Origin: Antedon mediterranea
Lineage: Eukaryota > Animalia > Echinodermata
Length of the DNA stretch: 64,000 nt
Reading direction: 5' to 3'
Assembly: GCF_964355755.1 (NCBI RefSeq)
Contig: NC_092672.1
Span: forward strand, 22,891,237-22,955,236
Below the pieces are notes generated by a model. That model was not told the DNA's origin, ran no database searches, and saw only the letters and a program-made list of their open reading frames with translations. The first letter of the stretch is position 1, and every line of letters begins with the position of its first letter. Shown here one piece after another: positions 39,301 to 48,826 of the stretch. The position numbers and the translations under genes are program-made.

Positions 39301-41098
39301 GACAAGTGTCAGAATGTTCACTTCAGGTCTACTAAAGTAGGCCTACTATGCATGACAAGTGTCAGAATGTTCACTTCAGGTCTACTAAAGTAGGCCTACT
39401 ATGCATGACAAGTGTCAGAATGTTCACTTCAGGTCTACTAAAGTAGGCCTACTATGCATGACAAGTGTCAGAATGTTCACTTCAGGTCTACTAAAGTAGG
39501 CCTACTATGCATGACAAGTGTCAGAATGTTCACTTCAGGTCTACTAAAGTAGGCCTACTATGCATGACAAGTGTCAGAATGTTCACTTCAGGTCTACTAA
39601 AGTAGGCCTACTATGCATGACAAGTGTCAGAATGTTATGCATGACACAGAGAATATCAACAGCATTTTCCTTTACCTTTTTAAAACGACATGCTGGTTTC
39701 TTTTTAACTTGAGGAGGAATGCATCTAGGCCTAGATTTAGTAATAATCTGAAAAAAAATAGCAAAATGATAAATTTGTACAAACAAATTTTTATAAACAT
39801 ATAACCACCTGTGACCTAGCCTACGTAGCTAGGACCCGGAGAATTGAAATGGTTATTTGGCCCTATACTACTATTATAGCGTAGACAGGCCTGCCTACAG
39901 TACTAAGTACTAGGCCCAGGCTAGGCTTGTAGAAAAGTGTAGTCGGTCTGATTTGATTTGAATTTATTAGGAAAATCATCATAAAAAATACATACAAAAG
40001 AAAGTGACAACATAAATTACTGACATTACAAATAATACAATTATAAAAGATTTTGCAGGATAGCTCAAAAAGCTTAGGCCTAAAGCGTTGTGAAGTTGGT
40101 TACTTATTCCTTATTCCACATTCCGGGTATTTTTTCCCTCACTGTTAGTTATAGTAACCTGAAGTATTAATTAACATTATTATAACAATTAAATATGTTA
40201 TAATAATTTAAAATGTTTGCTTTCATGCTACACTTAAATGGATAACACTCATTCTTCTATCCATATTATATCTTGTCAATACGCTATGGTACTGTAGATT
40301 CATTCCTCAATCAACACATCAGTTTATAATAGGCCTACCCTAAAACATGTACTCTAGTATATTCACTTGTATTGTAGGCATAGAAAGAACGTCTTTATGG
40401 TAATAAATACTCTATTACTAATTATAAACTATTTTAACTATTAATTTCTGATATTTTTTCCAGAAATAACGTTTTTACAATGATTTTCAAGAGCACATAT
40501 TCACAACTTTTTGCAACCACCTGTAAAATAAATTAAAAACAAACATTTATATACATTATTTGCTTTGGCCTAAATAAACATTCATCCCTTATACCAAACA
40601 AATATTGACCAGAACCAATTACAACCACAAAAGCGTATCAGCAACGCTCCATACCGAATACCCAATTTTATCGGAACCAAAATGCAACGCATGAGACGAT
40701 CGGGGTCGGGCCAAACGCTGAAGACGATCGGGACCACGTTTTCTGGGCCCAACCAAGACGATCGGGCAGCAAATAAAAAAATTTTACTGTGATAACCGGC
40801 CTAGGTAGGCCTAGACTTAGGTTAGGCCTAATAATACCCTACCCAAGCCTACCTACCTAGTAGTAGGTACTCTCTGGGCTAGTTAGGCTAGGCCTAGCTA
40901 GTCTAGCTAGCTAGTAGGGGCAAGAAGGCTAGGCTAGCCTACCTAGATTTATTGCACCTGACCTGCATAATCCTACATTGCCTGTCTGTACTAGCTTAGC
41001 CTAGCTAGGCGCCGCCTAGTAATTGCATTAATTTAGTAACTTACTTTTTTGCCTACTGGAATGTAATTATTGCTTTTTTCCATCAAAATAGTTGTCAT
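15302..41098 (-). CDS. MYO19: Unconventional myosin XIX, 22 coding exons, ~1028 aa, frame appears intact
   Basis: Exons (-): 41098-41045, 39747-39676, 36536-36431, 35687-35548, 32136-32023, 30924-30866, 30723-30650, 29851-29782, 29617-29515, 28911-28714, 27637-27550, 26056-25870, 25389-25200, 24842-24732, 23953-23777, 22855-22763, 20755-20702, 20177-19999, 17735-17546, 16579-16453, 16353-16211, 15859-15302. All are GT-AG with matching phases. Motifs: P-loop GESGSGKTW, switch [16 protein letters not shown], switch [59 protein letters not shown] and three IQ-like motifs. DVYGFE and GKTW match class XIX as I recall it. Exons 1-2 are less certain. Confidence 0.88.
17082..17407. repeat. 36-bp tandem array (~9 copies) in a MYO19 intron
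   Basis: Unit GCCTAAGTAATAAGACTGCCTAGTTCACCTTACCTT; on the gene strand it contains donor-like AAG|GTAAGG. Confidence 0.95.
17777..19325. repeat. 77-bp tandem array (~20 copies) in a MYO19 intron
   Basis: Unit AAACAACACACTGGCAAGTATGTTAGTAGGTGTTCAACATGTACAGTATGCACAGGGATATATATAGTATATATTAT; it starts ~40 bp from the acceptor at 17736 and accounts for the many repetitive ORFs. Confidence 0.97.
19422..19485 (-). pseudogene. tRNA-derived relic (SINE-head-like) lacking an intact anticodon arm
   Basis: Minus strand GCCCCAGTGGTCTAATGGTTAGGACATCAAGCAGAAGGTTCCGGGTTTGAATCTTGATGGAGGC has an A-box (TGGTCTAATGG), a B-box-like GGTTTGAATC and a partly paired acceptor stem. Confidence 0.6.
19751..19791 (-). 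ncRNA. Minimal type I hammerhead ribozyme motif (Penelope-like element type)
   Basis: Minus strand ttGCA CTGATGA a GGGC tagtgtt GCCC GAA AGCT C TGCta: intact CUGAUGA core, 4-bp stem II, GAAA, palindromic AGCU stem III and GCA/UGC stem I. It lies in a ~180-bp block bracketed by (TA)n tracts. Confidence 0.75.
20877..21934. mobile_element. Non-autonomous hAT-like DNA transposon with 5-bp TSD
   Basis: CAGGGCCGTAGCCAGG at 20877 and CCTGGCTACGGGCCTG ending at 21934 (1 mismatch). AACAT at 20872-20876 and 21935-21939. Confidence 0.85.
21966..22737. repeat. 22-bp (2x11) minisatellite, ~34 copies
   Basis: Unit TGTTAGTATGGTGTTACTACA(T/G); it ends ~25 bp from the donor at 22762. Confidence 0.95.
24605..24792 (-). 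repeat. 83-bp tandem duplication of a MYO19 exon 3' end plus donor
   Basis: [15 protein letters not shown](A/V)LMNQ|GTAAGT occurs twice (donors 24731 and 24648), plus a partial third copy. Confidence 0.9.
26415..27495. repeat. 49-bp tandem array (~22 copies)
   Basis: Unit ATCTTAAAGGT(T/C)GCAACTACTTTAAGCTAAACTATAAATACTGTATGCA; ~55 bp from the donor at 27549. Confidence 0.97.
27834..28280. repeat. 69/77-bp tandem array (~6 copies)
   Basis: Unit AGTTCACTGATGTTTACTGTCCACATGTGCTGGATTAGTTCAACCAAGGCATCTAAACAC(ATTGCTTT)GGTTCAGTT. Confidence 0.93.
28368..28766 (-). repeat. 81-bp tandem array (5 copies) of a MYO19 exon 3' end plus donor
   Basis: Each unit encodes ..[14 protein letters not shown]|GTAAGAAACTTTTACTT; the copy nearest the exon is the real donor at 28713. 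Confidence 0.95.
30312..30352. mobile_element. ~40-bp palindromic micro-insertion with 7-8-bp flanking direct repeat
   Basis: AGGGAAGAGTTAAATTA caatt TAATTTAACTCTTCCCT is a 17-bp perfect stem, with GTTTTCT(T) on both sides. Confidence 0.7.
31211..31968 (-). mobile_element. Helentron-associated (HINE / DINE-1-like) element with both ends present
   Basis: Inverted near-identical copy of 8775-9480: 5' T-run and hairpin, (GTCY)n, 3' subterminal GCACGCGAC, a short GGC..GCC hairpin and CTTGT. Confidence 0.75.
32451..35403. mobile_element. Foldback-type element with ~1-kb inverted arms, flanked by TA
   Basis: 32451-~33500 is the inverse of ~34360-35403 (termini CTCTAGTAGCTAGATCAACTTTCG...), with TA at both junctions. 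The arms contain ~300-bp direct subrepeats. Mirror ORFs 32386-32637 and 35217-35435 reflect the symmetry. Confidence 0.88.
35616..36118 (-). repeat. 95-bp tandem array (5+ copies) of branch point + acceptor + MYO19 exon 5' end
   Basis: Gene-strand unit AACCTAATGTTTTCTGTTCATAG|TGCTGAACTGTTTACGTGAGCGGTAC...GTTACTT; only the last copy continues into the rest of exon 35687-35548. Confidence 0.95.
36661..37895. repeat. 79-bp tandem array (~15.5 copies)
   Basis: Unit CTATAATCTTGCCATCACTAAAACATGAAT(C/T)AACACA(C/T)GCTGGAACCCAAACCTCTTACCTGGCCATTAGATTTAGT(G/C)A. Confidence 0.97.
38224..38437. mobile_element. Inverted pair of degenerate hammerhead-bearing (Penelope pLTR-like) sequences
   Basis: 38381-38437 (+) reads TGC CaGATGA a GACTT attaaaaac AAGTT GAAACGTT GCA. 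38224-38275 is its inverse with the GATGAA core deleted. Confidence 0.55.
38566..39645. repeat. 53-bp tandem array (~20 copies)
   Basis: Unit AAGTAGGCCTACTATGCATGACAAGTGTCAGAATGTTCACTTCAGGTCTACTA; it ends ~30 bp from the donor at 39675. Confidence 0.97.
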
Positions 41099-41179
41099 TA
41101 TGATAAATAAAAAAAACTGCTGTGTACCGCCCTCTCTGTTATGACTCGGTGACCTTTTAAAATAAACAACAGCTAACAC
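41099..41179. promoter_or_regulatory. Putative compact bidirectional promoter between MYO19 and the OGFOD2 copy
   Basis: Divergent ATGs at 41098 (-) and 41180/41192 (+). No TSS data; the inference is from geometry only. Confidence 0.45.
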
Positions 41180-41969
41180 ATGTTTTTTGTTATGATTTTT
41201 GCGATCAATCAATGATATGTTTGTAGCTGTTACTACACCCATAACATATTTTTACCTAAGTTTAAACTGCATGTGACGTATATACTGTAGATGATAAAAT
41301 ATTTGCTGATATTTGGAAACCGGTAAAACCTGTTGCTGCCAAATCTTCTTTCTAACCAGACACTTTCTTAATCTTAGGCTAGCCTAGACAGCAGAGCCTG
41401 GTCTGGTCCTAGTTAAGTAGAACTAGTAGGCCTGTCTAAACTAACCCTACCCTAGACCTAGGCCTAGGCCTTTATTTTGGAAATTAGATTTTTGCCGCTG
41501 TAGCCATACTGAAAACTTTACATATATGAATTTATGATATAGGCCTTAGTCTAGGGTATGCAGTATTTTTATGATTTACATGCACAGGTCAAAATTAACA
41601 AATTATGCATTATGATGGTACAGTACGGTAGTACTGTAGTTTCCATCATAAGTGCTCCGTTTAAGCACTGAGTGAGTACATATATGGTATGTAATTTAAA
41701 TGTGAATGGGAAATAGAGAGAAACAAGCTTCAAATTGGAGCTACTGTATAGTACATATAATATTAATAATAAAATGTGAATTGTTTGTGTATTATTTTGT
41801 AGATTCTTAAAAACAAAGGGTGTGACAATGAAGAAGGATTCACAGACGTTCTGAGAGTCGTAAGTAATTGATGTTTTAATTTATGCATAGAGATATTATA
41901 ATATCTCTATGATTTATGTAATTATGTTAAGTTATCTGGCTGATAATGGTACAAGTAGCAAAATACAGT

Positions 41970-42262
41970 TCATGTGTAGCAGAATGCGGTACCTGTGTAC
42001 CAGAATATGGTACATGTGTAGCAGAATATGGTACCTGTGTTGCAGAATAGTATACATGTGTAGCAGAATACGGTACATGTGTAGCAGAACACAGTACCTG
42101 TGTAGCAGAATACGGACCAGCGTAGCAGAATACATTACCTGTGTAGCAGAATATAGTGCCTGTGTAGCATAATAATTGTACATGTGTAGCATAATAATTG
42201 TACATGTGTAGCAGAATAATTGTACATGTGTAGCAGAATAATTGTATATGTGTAGCAGAATA
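41970..42262. repeat. 21-bp degenerate minisatellite (~14 copies)
   Basis: Unit TGTGTAGCAGAATANNGTAC(A/C), in OGFOD2 intron 2. Confidence 0.9.
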
Positions 42263-44284
42263 ATGGTAACAAACAAGAAACATAGACAAGTTATGAATGA
42301 AGACAAGTTTTGATAATTATTATAATTATTATAAACATATATCAGTAAATGTGAATTGTCAATAAACTCTTCTAAGAATAAAACAGAATTTGGCTCATGC
42401 AGACATTTTTCCTCATAGTGGGACATTCAAATGCAAAACTATATTTTCTTTATTTTATTTCATACCATTACACACATGTTATCTCACTAACAATTCATTT
42501 CAGGTTAAAACAGAAGTAGAACGTAGAAAATCACTTGGCCGAGATTATTTAAAGAGAAAAGAGAGAATTTTAAAACATTACACACCACTCCATCAAGAGA
42601 TATACAAACTACAGGTATGGAATTAAGTAGTAAAAAAATTAAAAGAATATTTTACCTGTTAACTACACCTTGCTGACGAAACACAACTATAAATGCATGT
42701 CTGATTTTGTAAAGAACAACTATTACAACAAATGTTTAGCTTGACTATTTGCCTGACTACAACTGACAAGGACAACTTCCCCCTTTAGTTATATATTTAG
42801 TCAAGATATTTAACTAAAAAATTTGAAATAGTTGGAAAATTTTTCTTCTTTATGGTATTATTTTCTCATTGAAATTGTTGTAGATTTCATTTCTGAGCCT
42901 AACATTTCTGAAGTTGGTTGAACATAGCAAGCACAAAAATGCATCAATGCAAAGTTTGATAAAACTCATGAGTACTGAAAAAAGGTTTGTTGATAGTTGA
43001 CCTATTGTAATCAAATTCTATAAAAAATTAGTAAAGGATTCTAACTTAAATAACTGTACATTGTGAAGCTCATTCTGCCATGGAACAGTAATCGTAAAAG
43101 ATAAAAATCAAAGCTATACACTAGTAGAGCAAGCTTTCCTATATGATTAAAACTATTTGACGAAAAGGCATATTTCAAACACATTAAAGGAAAAGTTAAG
43201 CACACAAAAAATGGCAAAATTACATGTTTTTGCATTGTTATTTTGTGAACAATGGATGTTCTATAACTCATTAAAATGGCATTCAAAAACTTGCATATTT
43301 ACTGTAATTACGTTTTATGTTTCACATTTAACTGTTTTTTTTTATGTAGGAGAGCGTATTTACTCTTTTCCAATATTTACTGAAGAGTTTTGTAATTCAT
43401 TTAAAGAAGAAATAGAACATTTGAAAACACAGATTTACCAAAAGGAAGACCAAATACAATGAACAATTATGGTGTAAGTGTGGCTACCGTAAATGCCCTG
43501 CTTTGCATAAACTAATCAAAAACCCCACCTCAAATATTAACTCCCCTACCCCATAGAACATCATTTGGTATAAATGCCCCTCATAAACATGACATGACTT
43601 CCATGATCTACAATTGACCAAGCATTGTGATTTTTACTGTATTTTATGACTTCTTGATATCGATTTTGTTTTTAAAGAATTTTTTTGATTTCTTTGTTAT
43701 GTAGAAAGATTGAAAATAAATAAAAATAAATGTATTTTGTTGTAGGTATTAATGAATGAATTGCGATTTGATGACTACTTCATCACACCTTACGTCAGAA
43801 TTACATAACTCCACTTGCTAGGCTCTTGTATCCAGACTGTGGTGGAGACTTGTTAGACTCTCACAAAGCTTTTGTTGTAAAGTACAAGATTGGAGAAGAT
43901 TTGGATCTTAACTATCATTATGATAATGCAGAGGTCACTCTTAATATATCACTTACAAGTGATTTCACTGAAGGCTCATTGTATTTTTGAGGCATGCGTC
44001 ATGTAAGTAAAAACAATGCCTGAAAATGTCCGGTTATAAAAAACAAAGCAACGATTTGTATAATTTTGGCACTGAACACCATAATTAAATGGTTTACATT
44101 CTATGTTAAGTAATACTTTATGACAAATATGATTTTGTTATTATGACCAGAATACAATTTTTTAAAGTAAAAATGTATCTATATTGGTGACAATCATATT
44201 GTATATATTCTCCCAACCACTCTCAGATGCTTGTTTTCAGTACCTGAACTATTCTGTTCATACACATGATAAAGAATCAAGACA

Positions 44285-47200
44285 AGGTGTTCTTAATGTC
44301 ATTTCCTGGTGGCAGTCAGAAGCCAGTCTAACATTAGTCATATAAAATATTGCACACTAGGCGTTCTTAATGTCATTTCCTGGTGGCAGTCAGAAGCCAG
44401 TCTAACATTACTCATATAAAATATTTCACACTAGGCGTTCTTAATGTCATTTCCTGGTGGCAGTCTAAAGCCAGTCTAACATTAGTCATATAAAATATTC
44501 CACACTAGGCATTCTTAATGTCATTTCCTGGTGGCAGTCTAAAGCCAGTCTAACATTAGTCATATAAAATATTGCACACTAGGTGTTCTTAATGTCATTT
44601 CCTGGTGGCAGTCTAAAGCCAGTCTAACATTAGTCATATAAAATATTGCACACTAGGCGTTCTTAATGTCATTTCCTGGTGGCAGTCTAAAGCCAGTCTA
44701 ACATTAGTCATATAAAATATTGCACACTAGGCGTTCTTAATGTCATTTCCTGGTGGCAGTCTAAAGCCAGTCTAACATTAGTCATATAAAATATTGCACA
44801 CTAGGTGTTCTTAATGTCATTTCCTGGTGGCAGTCTAAAGCCAGTCTAACATTAGTCATATAAAATATTGCACACTAGGCGTTCTTAATGTCATTTCCTG
44901 GTGGCAGTCTTAAGCCAGTCCAACATTAGTCATATAAAATATTGCACACTAGGCGTTCTTAATGTCATTTCCTGGTGGCAGTCTAAAGCCAGTCTAACAT
45001 TAGTCATATAAAATATTGCACACTAGGCGTTCTTAATGTCATTTCCTGGTGGCAGTCTTAAGCCAGTCTAACATTAGTCATATAAAATATTGCACACAAG
45101 GTGTTCTTAATGTCATTTCCTGGTGGTAGTCTAAAGCCAGTCTAACATTAGTCATATAAAATATTGCACACTAGGCGTTCTTAATGTCATTTCCTGGTGG
45201 CAGTCTAAAGCCAGTCTAACATTAGTCATATAAAATATTGCACACTAGGTGTTCTTAATGTCATTTCCTGGTGGCAGTCTAAAGCCAGTCTAACATTAGT
45301 CATATAAAATATTGCACACTAGGCGTTCTTAATGTCATTTCCTGGTGGCAGTCTAAAGCCAGTCTAACATTAGTCATATAAAATATTGCACACTAAGCGT
45401 TCTTAATGTCATTTCCTGGTGGCAGTCTTAAGCCAGTCTAACATTAGTCATATAAAATATTGCACACAAGGTGTTCTTAATGTCATTTCCTGGTGGCAGT
45501 CTAAAGCCAGTCTAACATTAGTCATATAAAATATTGCACACTAGGCGTTCTTAATGTCATTTCCTGGTGGCAGTCTAAAGCCAGTCTAACATTAGTCATA
45601 TAAAATATTGCACACTAGGCGTTCTTAATGTCATTTCCTGGTGGCAGTCTTAAGCCAGTCTAACATTAGTCATATAAAATATTGCACACAAGGTGTTCTT
45701 AATGTCATTTCCTGGTGACAGTCTAAAGCCAGTCTAACATTAGTCATATAAAATATTGCACACTAGGTGTTCTTAATGTCATTTCCTGGTGGCAGTCTAA
45801 AGCCAGTCTAACATTAGTCATATAAAATATTGCACACTAGGCGTTCTTAATGTCAGTTGCTGGTGGCAGTCTAAAGCCAGTCTAACATTAGTAATATAAA
45901 ATATTGCACACTAGGCGTTCTTAATGTCATTTCCTAGTGGCAGTCTAAAGCCAGTCTAACATTAGTCATATAAAATATTGCACACTAGACGTTCTTAATG
46001 TCAGTTGCTGGTGGCAGTCTAAAGCCAGTCCAACATTAGTAATATAAAATATTGCACACTAGACGTTCTTAATGTCATTTCCTGGTGGCAGTCTAAAGCC
46101 AGTCTAACATTAGTCATATAAAATATTGCACACTAGGCGTTTTTAATGTCATTTCCTGGTGGCAGTCTGAAGCCAGTCTAACATTAGTCATATAAAATAT
46201 TGCACACTAGGCGCTTAATGTCATTTCCTGGTGGCAGTCTAAAGCCAGTCCAACATTAGTCATATAAAATATTGCACACTAGGTGTTCTTAATGTCATTT
46301 CCTGGTGGCAGTCTAAAGCCAGTCCAACATTAGTCATATAAAATATTGCACACTAGGCGTTCTTAATGTCATTTCCTAGTGGCAGTCTAAAGCCAGTCCA
46401 ACATTAGTCATATAAAATATTGCACACTAGGCGTTCTTAATGTCATTTCCTGGTGGCAGTCAGAAGCCAGTCCAACATTAGTCATATAAAATATTGCACA
46501 CTAGGCGTTCTTAATGTCAGTTGCTGGTGGCAGTCTAAAGCCAGTCTAACATTAGTAATATAAAATATTGCACACTAGGTGTTTTTAATGTCATTTCCTG
46601 GTGGCAGTCTAAAGCCAGTCCAACATTAGTCATATAAAATATTGCACACTAGGTGTTCTTAATGTCATTTCCTGGTGGCAGTCTTAAGCCAGTCTAACAT
46701 TAGTAATATAAAATATTGCACACTAGGTGTTCTTAATGTCATTTCCTGGTGGCAGTCTAAAGCCAGTCCAACATTAGTCATATAAAATATTGCACACTAG
46801 GCGTTCTTAATGTCATTTCCTGGTGGCAGTCTTAAGCCAGTCCAACATTAGTCATATAAAATATTGCACACTAGGCGTTCTTAATGTCATTTCCTGGTGG
46901 CAGTCTTAAGCCAATCTAACATTAGTCATATAAAATATTGCACACTAGACGTTCTTAATGTCATTTCCTGGTGGCAGTCTAAAGCCAGTCTAACATTAGT
47001 CATATAAAATATTGCACACTAGGTGTTCTTAATGTCATTTCCTGGTGGCAGTCTTAAGCCAATCTAATTAGTCATATAAAATATTGCACACTAGGCGTTC
47101 TTAATGTCATTTCCTGGTGGCAGTCTTAAGCCAGTCCAACATTAGTCATATAAAATATTGCACACTAGGCGTTCTTAATGTCATTTCCTGGTGGCAGTCT

Positions 47201-47392
47201 TAAGCCAATCTAACATTAGTCATATAAAATATTGCACACTAGACGTTCTTAATGTCATTTCCTGGTGGCAGTCTAAAGCCAGTCTAACATTAGTCATATA
47301 AAATATTGCACACTAGGTGTTCTTAATGTCATTTCCTGGTGGCAGTCTAAAGCCAGTCTAACATTAGTCATATAAAATATTGCACACTAGGC
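44285..47392. repeat. 74-bp tandem array (~42 copies, 3.1 kb)
   Basis: Unit GGCGTTCTTAATGTCATTTCCTGGTGGCAGTCTAAAGCCAGTCTAACATTAGTCATATAAAATATTGCACACTA; it fills most of the last OGFOD2 intron and ends ~100 bp before the acceptor. Confidence 0.97.
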
Positions 47393-48456
47393 TTCCATTT
47401 TGGCTTTTGTATACCTCTGTTGAATCTACAAGTGACATGATTGTCTTTTATATAGCAACATAACAGGTTTGTTAATTTTGTGTTGTTTTTAACAGCAACA
47501 AGGAATAGAAGAACCACAGCGTACTGAATATTGCCACAAGCCAACGTATGGTTTAATTCATCGAGGACAACACATGCACGGTGCTCTTCCAATATCAGAT
47601 GGTGAACGATACAATCTAATTATTTGGATGCGATCTTCCAAAATAAGGAATAAATTGTGTCCAATGTGTGATAATAAACCTCAACTTATTAAGACTGTTG
47701 GATTCGGAGATAGATTCACTCAACCAGAAAATACAACTGTCGATGTTTGTTGTACTTTATAATGCATAGGTCAACAATTTTACAACTCAAATAATATATT
47801 TAAAAGATTCTTCCAATGGACATGTGTCTTTATGACCTCTCTGCGGCCTAACTATGTGATATGTGACATGTAAAGATGTCAAGAATGTTTGAGCCCATGT
47901 TAAGGCATAAAGATGTAGCAGAGACATTGGTTTGAAACGTTTTTTGTTTGAAAAAGTGTGTCGACTGTGAGGTTTAGGAGGAGATAGAGTTTATGGGAAA
48001 ACATAGTCTCCATTAAAGAGAACTATTATAGTACTGTATATACATTATTATATTATTATAAATATATATTATATAATACAAAGAATAATAAACTTTTATA
48101 AAGTGCTATTTACTGATGTTTTACAGCACAAAAAGACTAACAAGAATTATTGAAAAAGGTGAGATTTTAGAAGTTACTTGATTTACTCAAGAGATTTATA
48201 TTGACGGGTATGGAGTGGAAGCTGGTTCCAAACTAGTGACACTTGTGCAAAAAACTCCTTGAAAATAAGCTTAATTATTGTTTAATAATTGTAAAAAGTA
48301 ATTAATATATTGTTGATGGAAAATGTTTTAATAAACAAACGAAAATAAAGAACTGATTGTAAAATAGTTGGAAAAATATTTTAATAAAACGAAAGAAGAA
48401 CTAATTGTAACATATTGTTGGAAATGTTTAATAAACAACAATAAAAGAAACTGCTT

Positions 48457-48826
48457 TAGTTGTTGGAAAATGATAGAAAGAACATAAACGGCCATCTCTT
48501 GCAGAAGCCGATTTAGTTCATTGTTGAAAATGATAGAAAGAACATAAACGGCCATCTCTTGAATAGGCCTATTTAGTTCATTGTTGAAAATGATAGAAAG
48601 AACATAAACGGCCATCTCTTGCATAGGCCTATTTAGTTCATTGTTGAAAATGATAGAAAGAACATAAACGGCCATCTCTTACAGAGGCCTATTTAGTTCA
48701 TTGTTGAAAATGATAGAAAGAACATAAACGGCCATCTCTTGCATAGGCCTATTTAGTTCATTGTTGAAAATGATAGAAAGAACATAAACGGCCATCTCTT
48801 ACTGAGGCCTATTTAGTTCATTGTTG
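48457..48826 (-). repeat. 60-bp tandem array (~6 copies) containing the GST stop codon
   Basis: Gene-strand unit CAACAA TGA ACTAAATAGGCC...AAGAGATGGCCGTTTATGTTCTTTCTATCATTTT; the first copy is the true end of the CDS. Confidence 0.93.

Larger units (their letters stand above)
41180..47762 (+). pseudogene. OGFOD2: 2-oxoglutarate/Fe(II)-dependent oxygenase OGFOD2 homologue, intron-containing and disrupted
   Basis: Exons ~41180-41322, 41803-41859, 42504-42614, 42884-42984, 43350-43473, 43746-44002, 47496-47762. Motifs: CSCYYTHNIFL..LHV, EVERRKSLG, PKGRPNTMNNYG, LYPDCGG..LDSHKAFVVKY, HYDNAEVTLN, HRGQHMHGALP..GERYNLIIWMRSS.IRN.LCPMC. Lesions: TGA at 41213 and 43988; frameshifts near 41283, 42980, 43421 and 43790. 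Confidence 0.85.

Noticed and set aside
40440-40975. Alternative MYO19 5' exons (ATGCAG|GT at ~40963 and an acceptor at ~40521)
   Set aside because: No downstream donor or myosin-like sequence links them in frame; the 41098-41045 exon fits better, though it is unverified.
4461-47392. CRISPR-like appearance of the regular arrays
   Set aside because: The units are head-to-tail with no unique spacers, there are no cas genes, and the context is eukaryotic.
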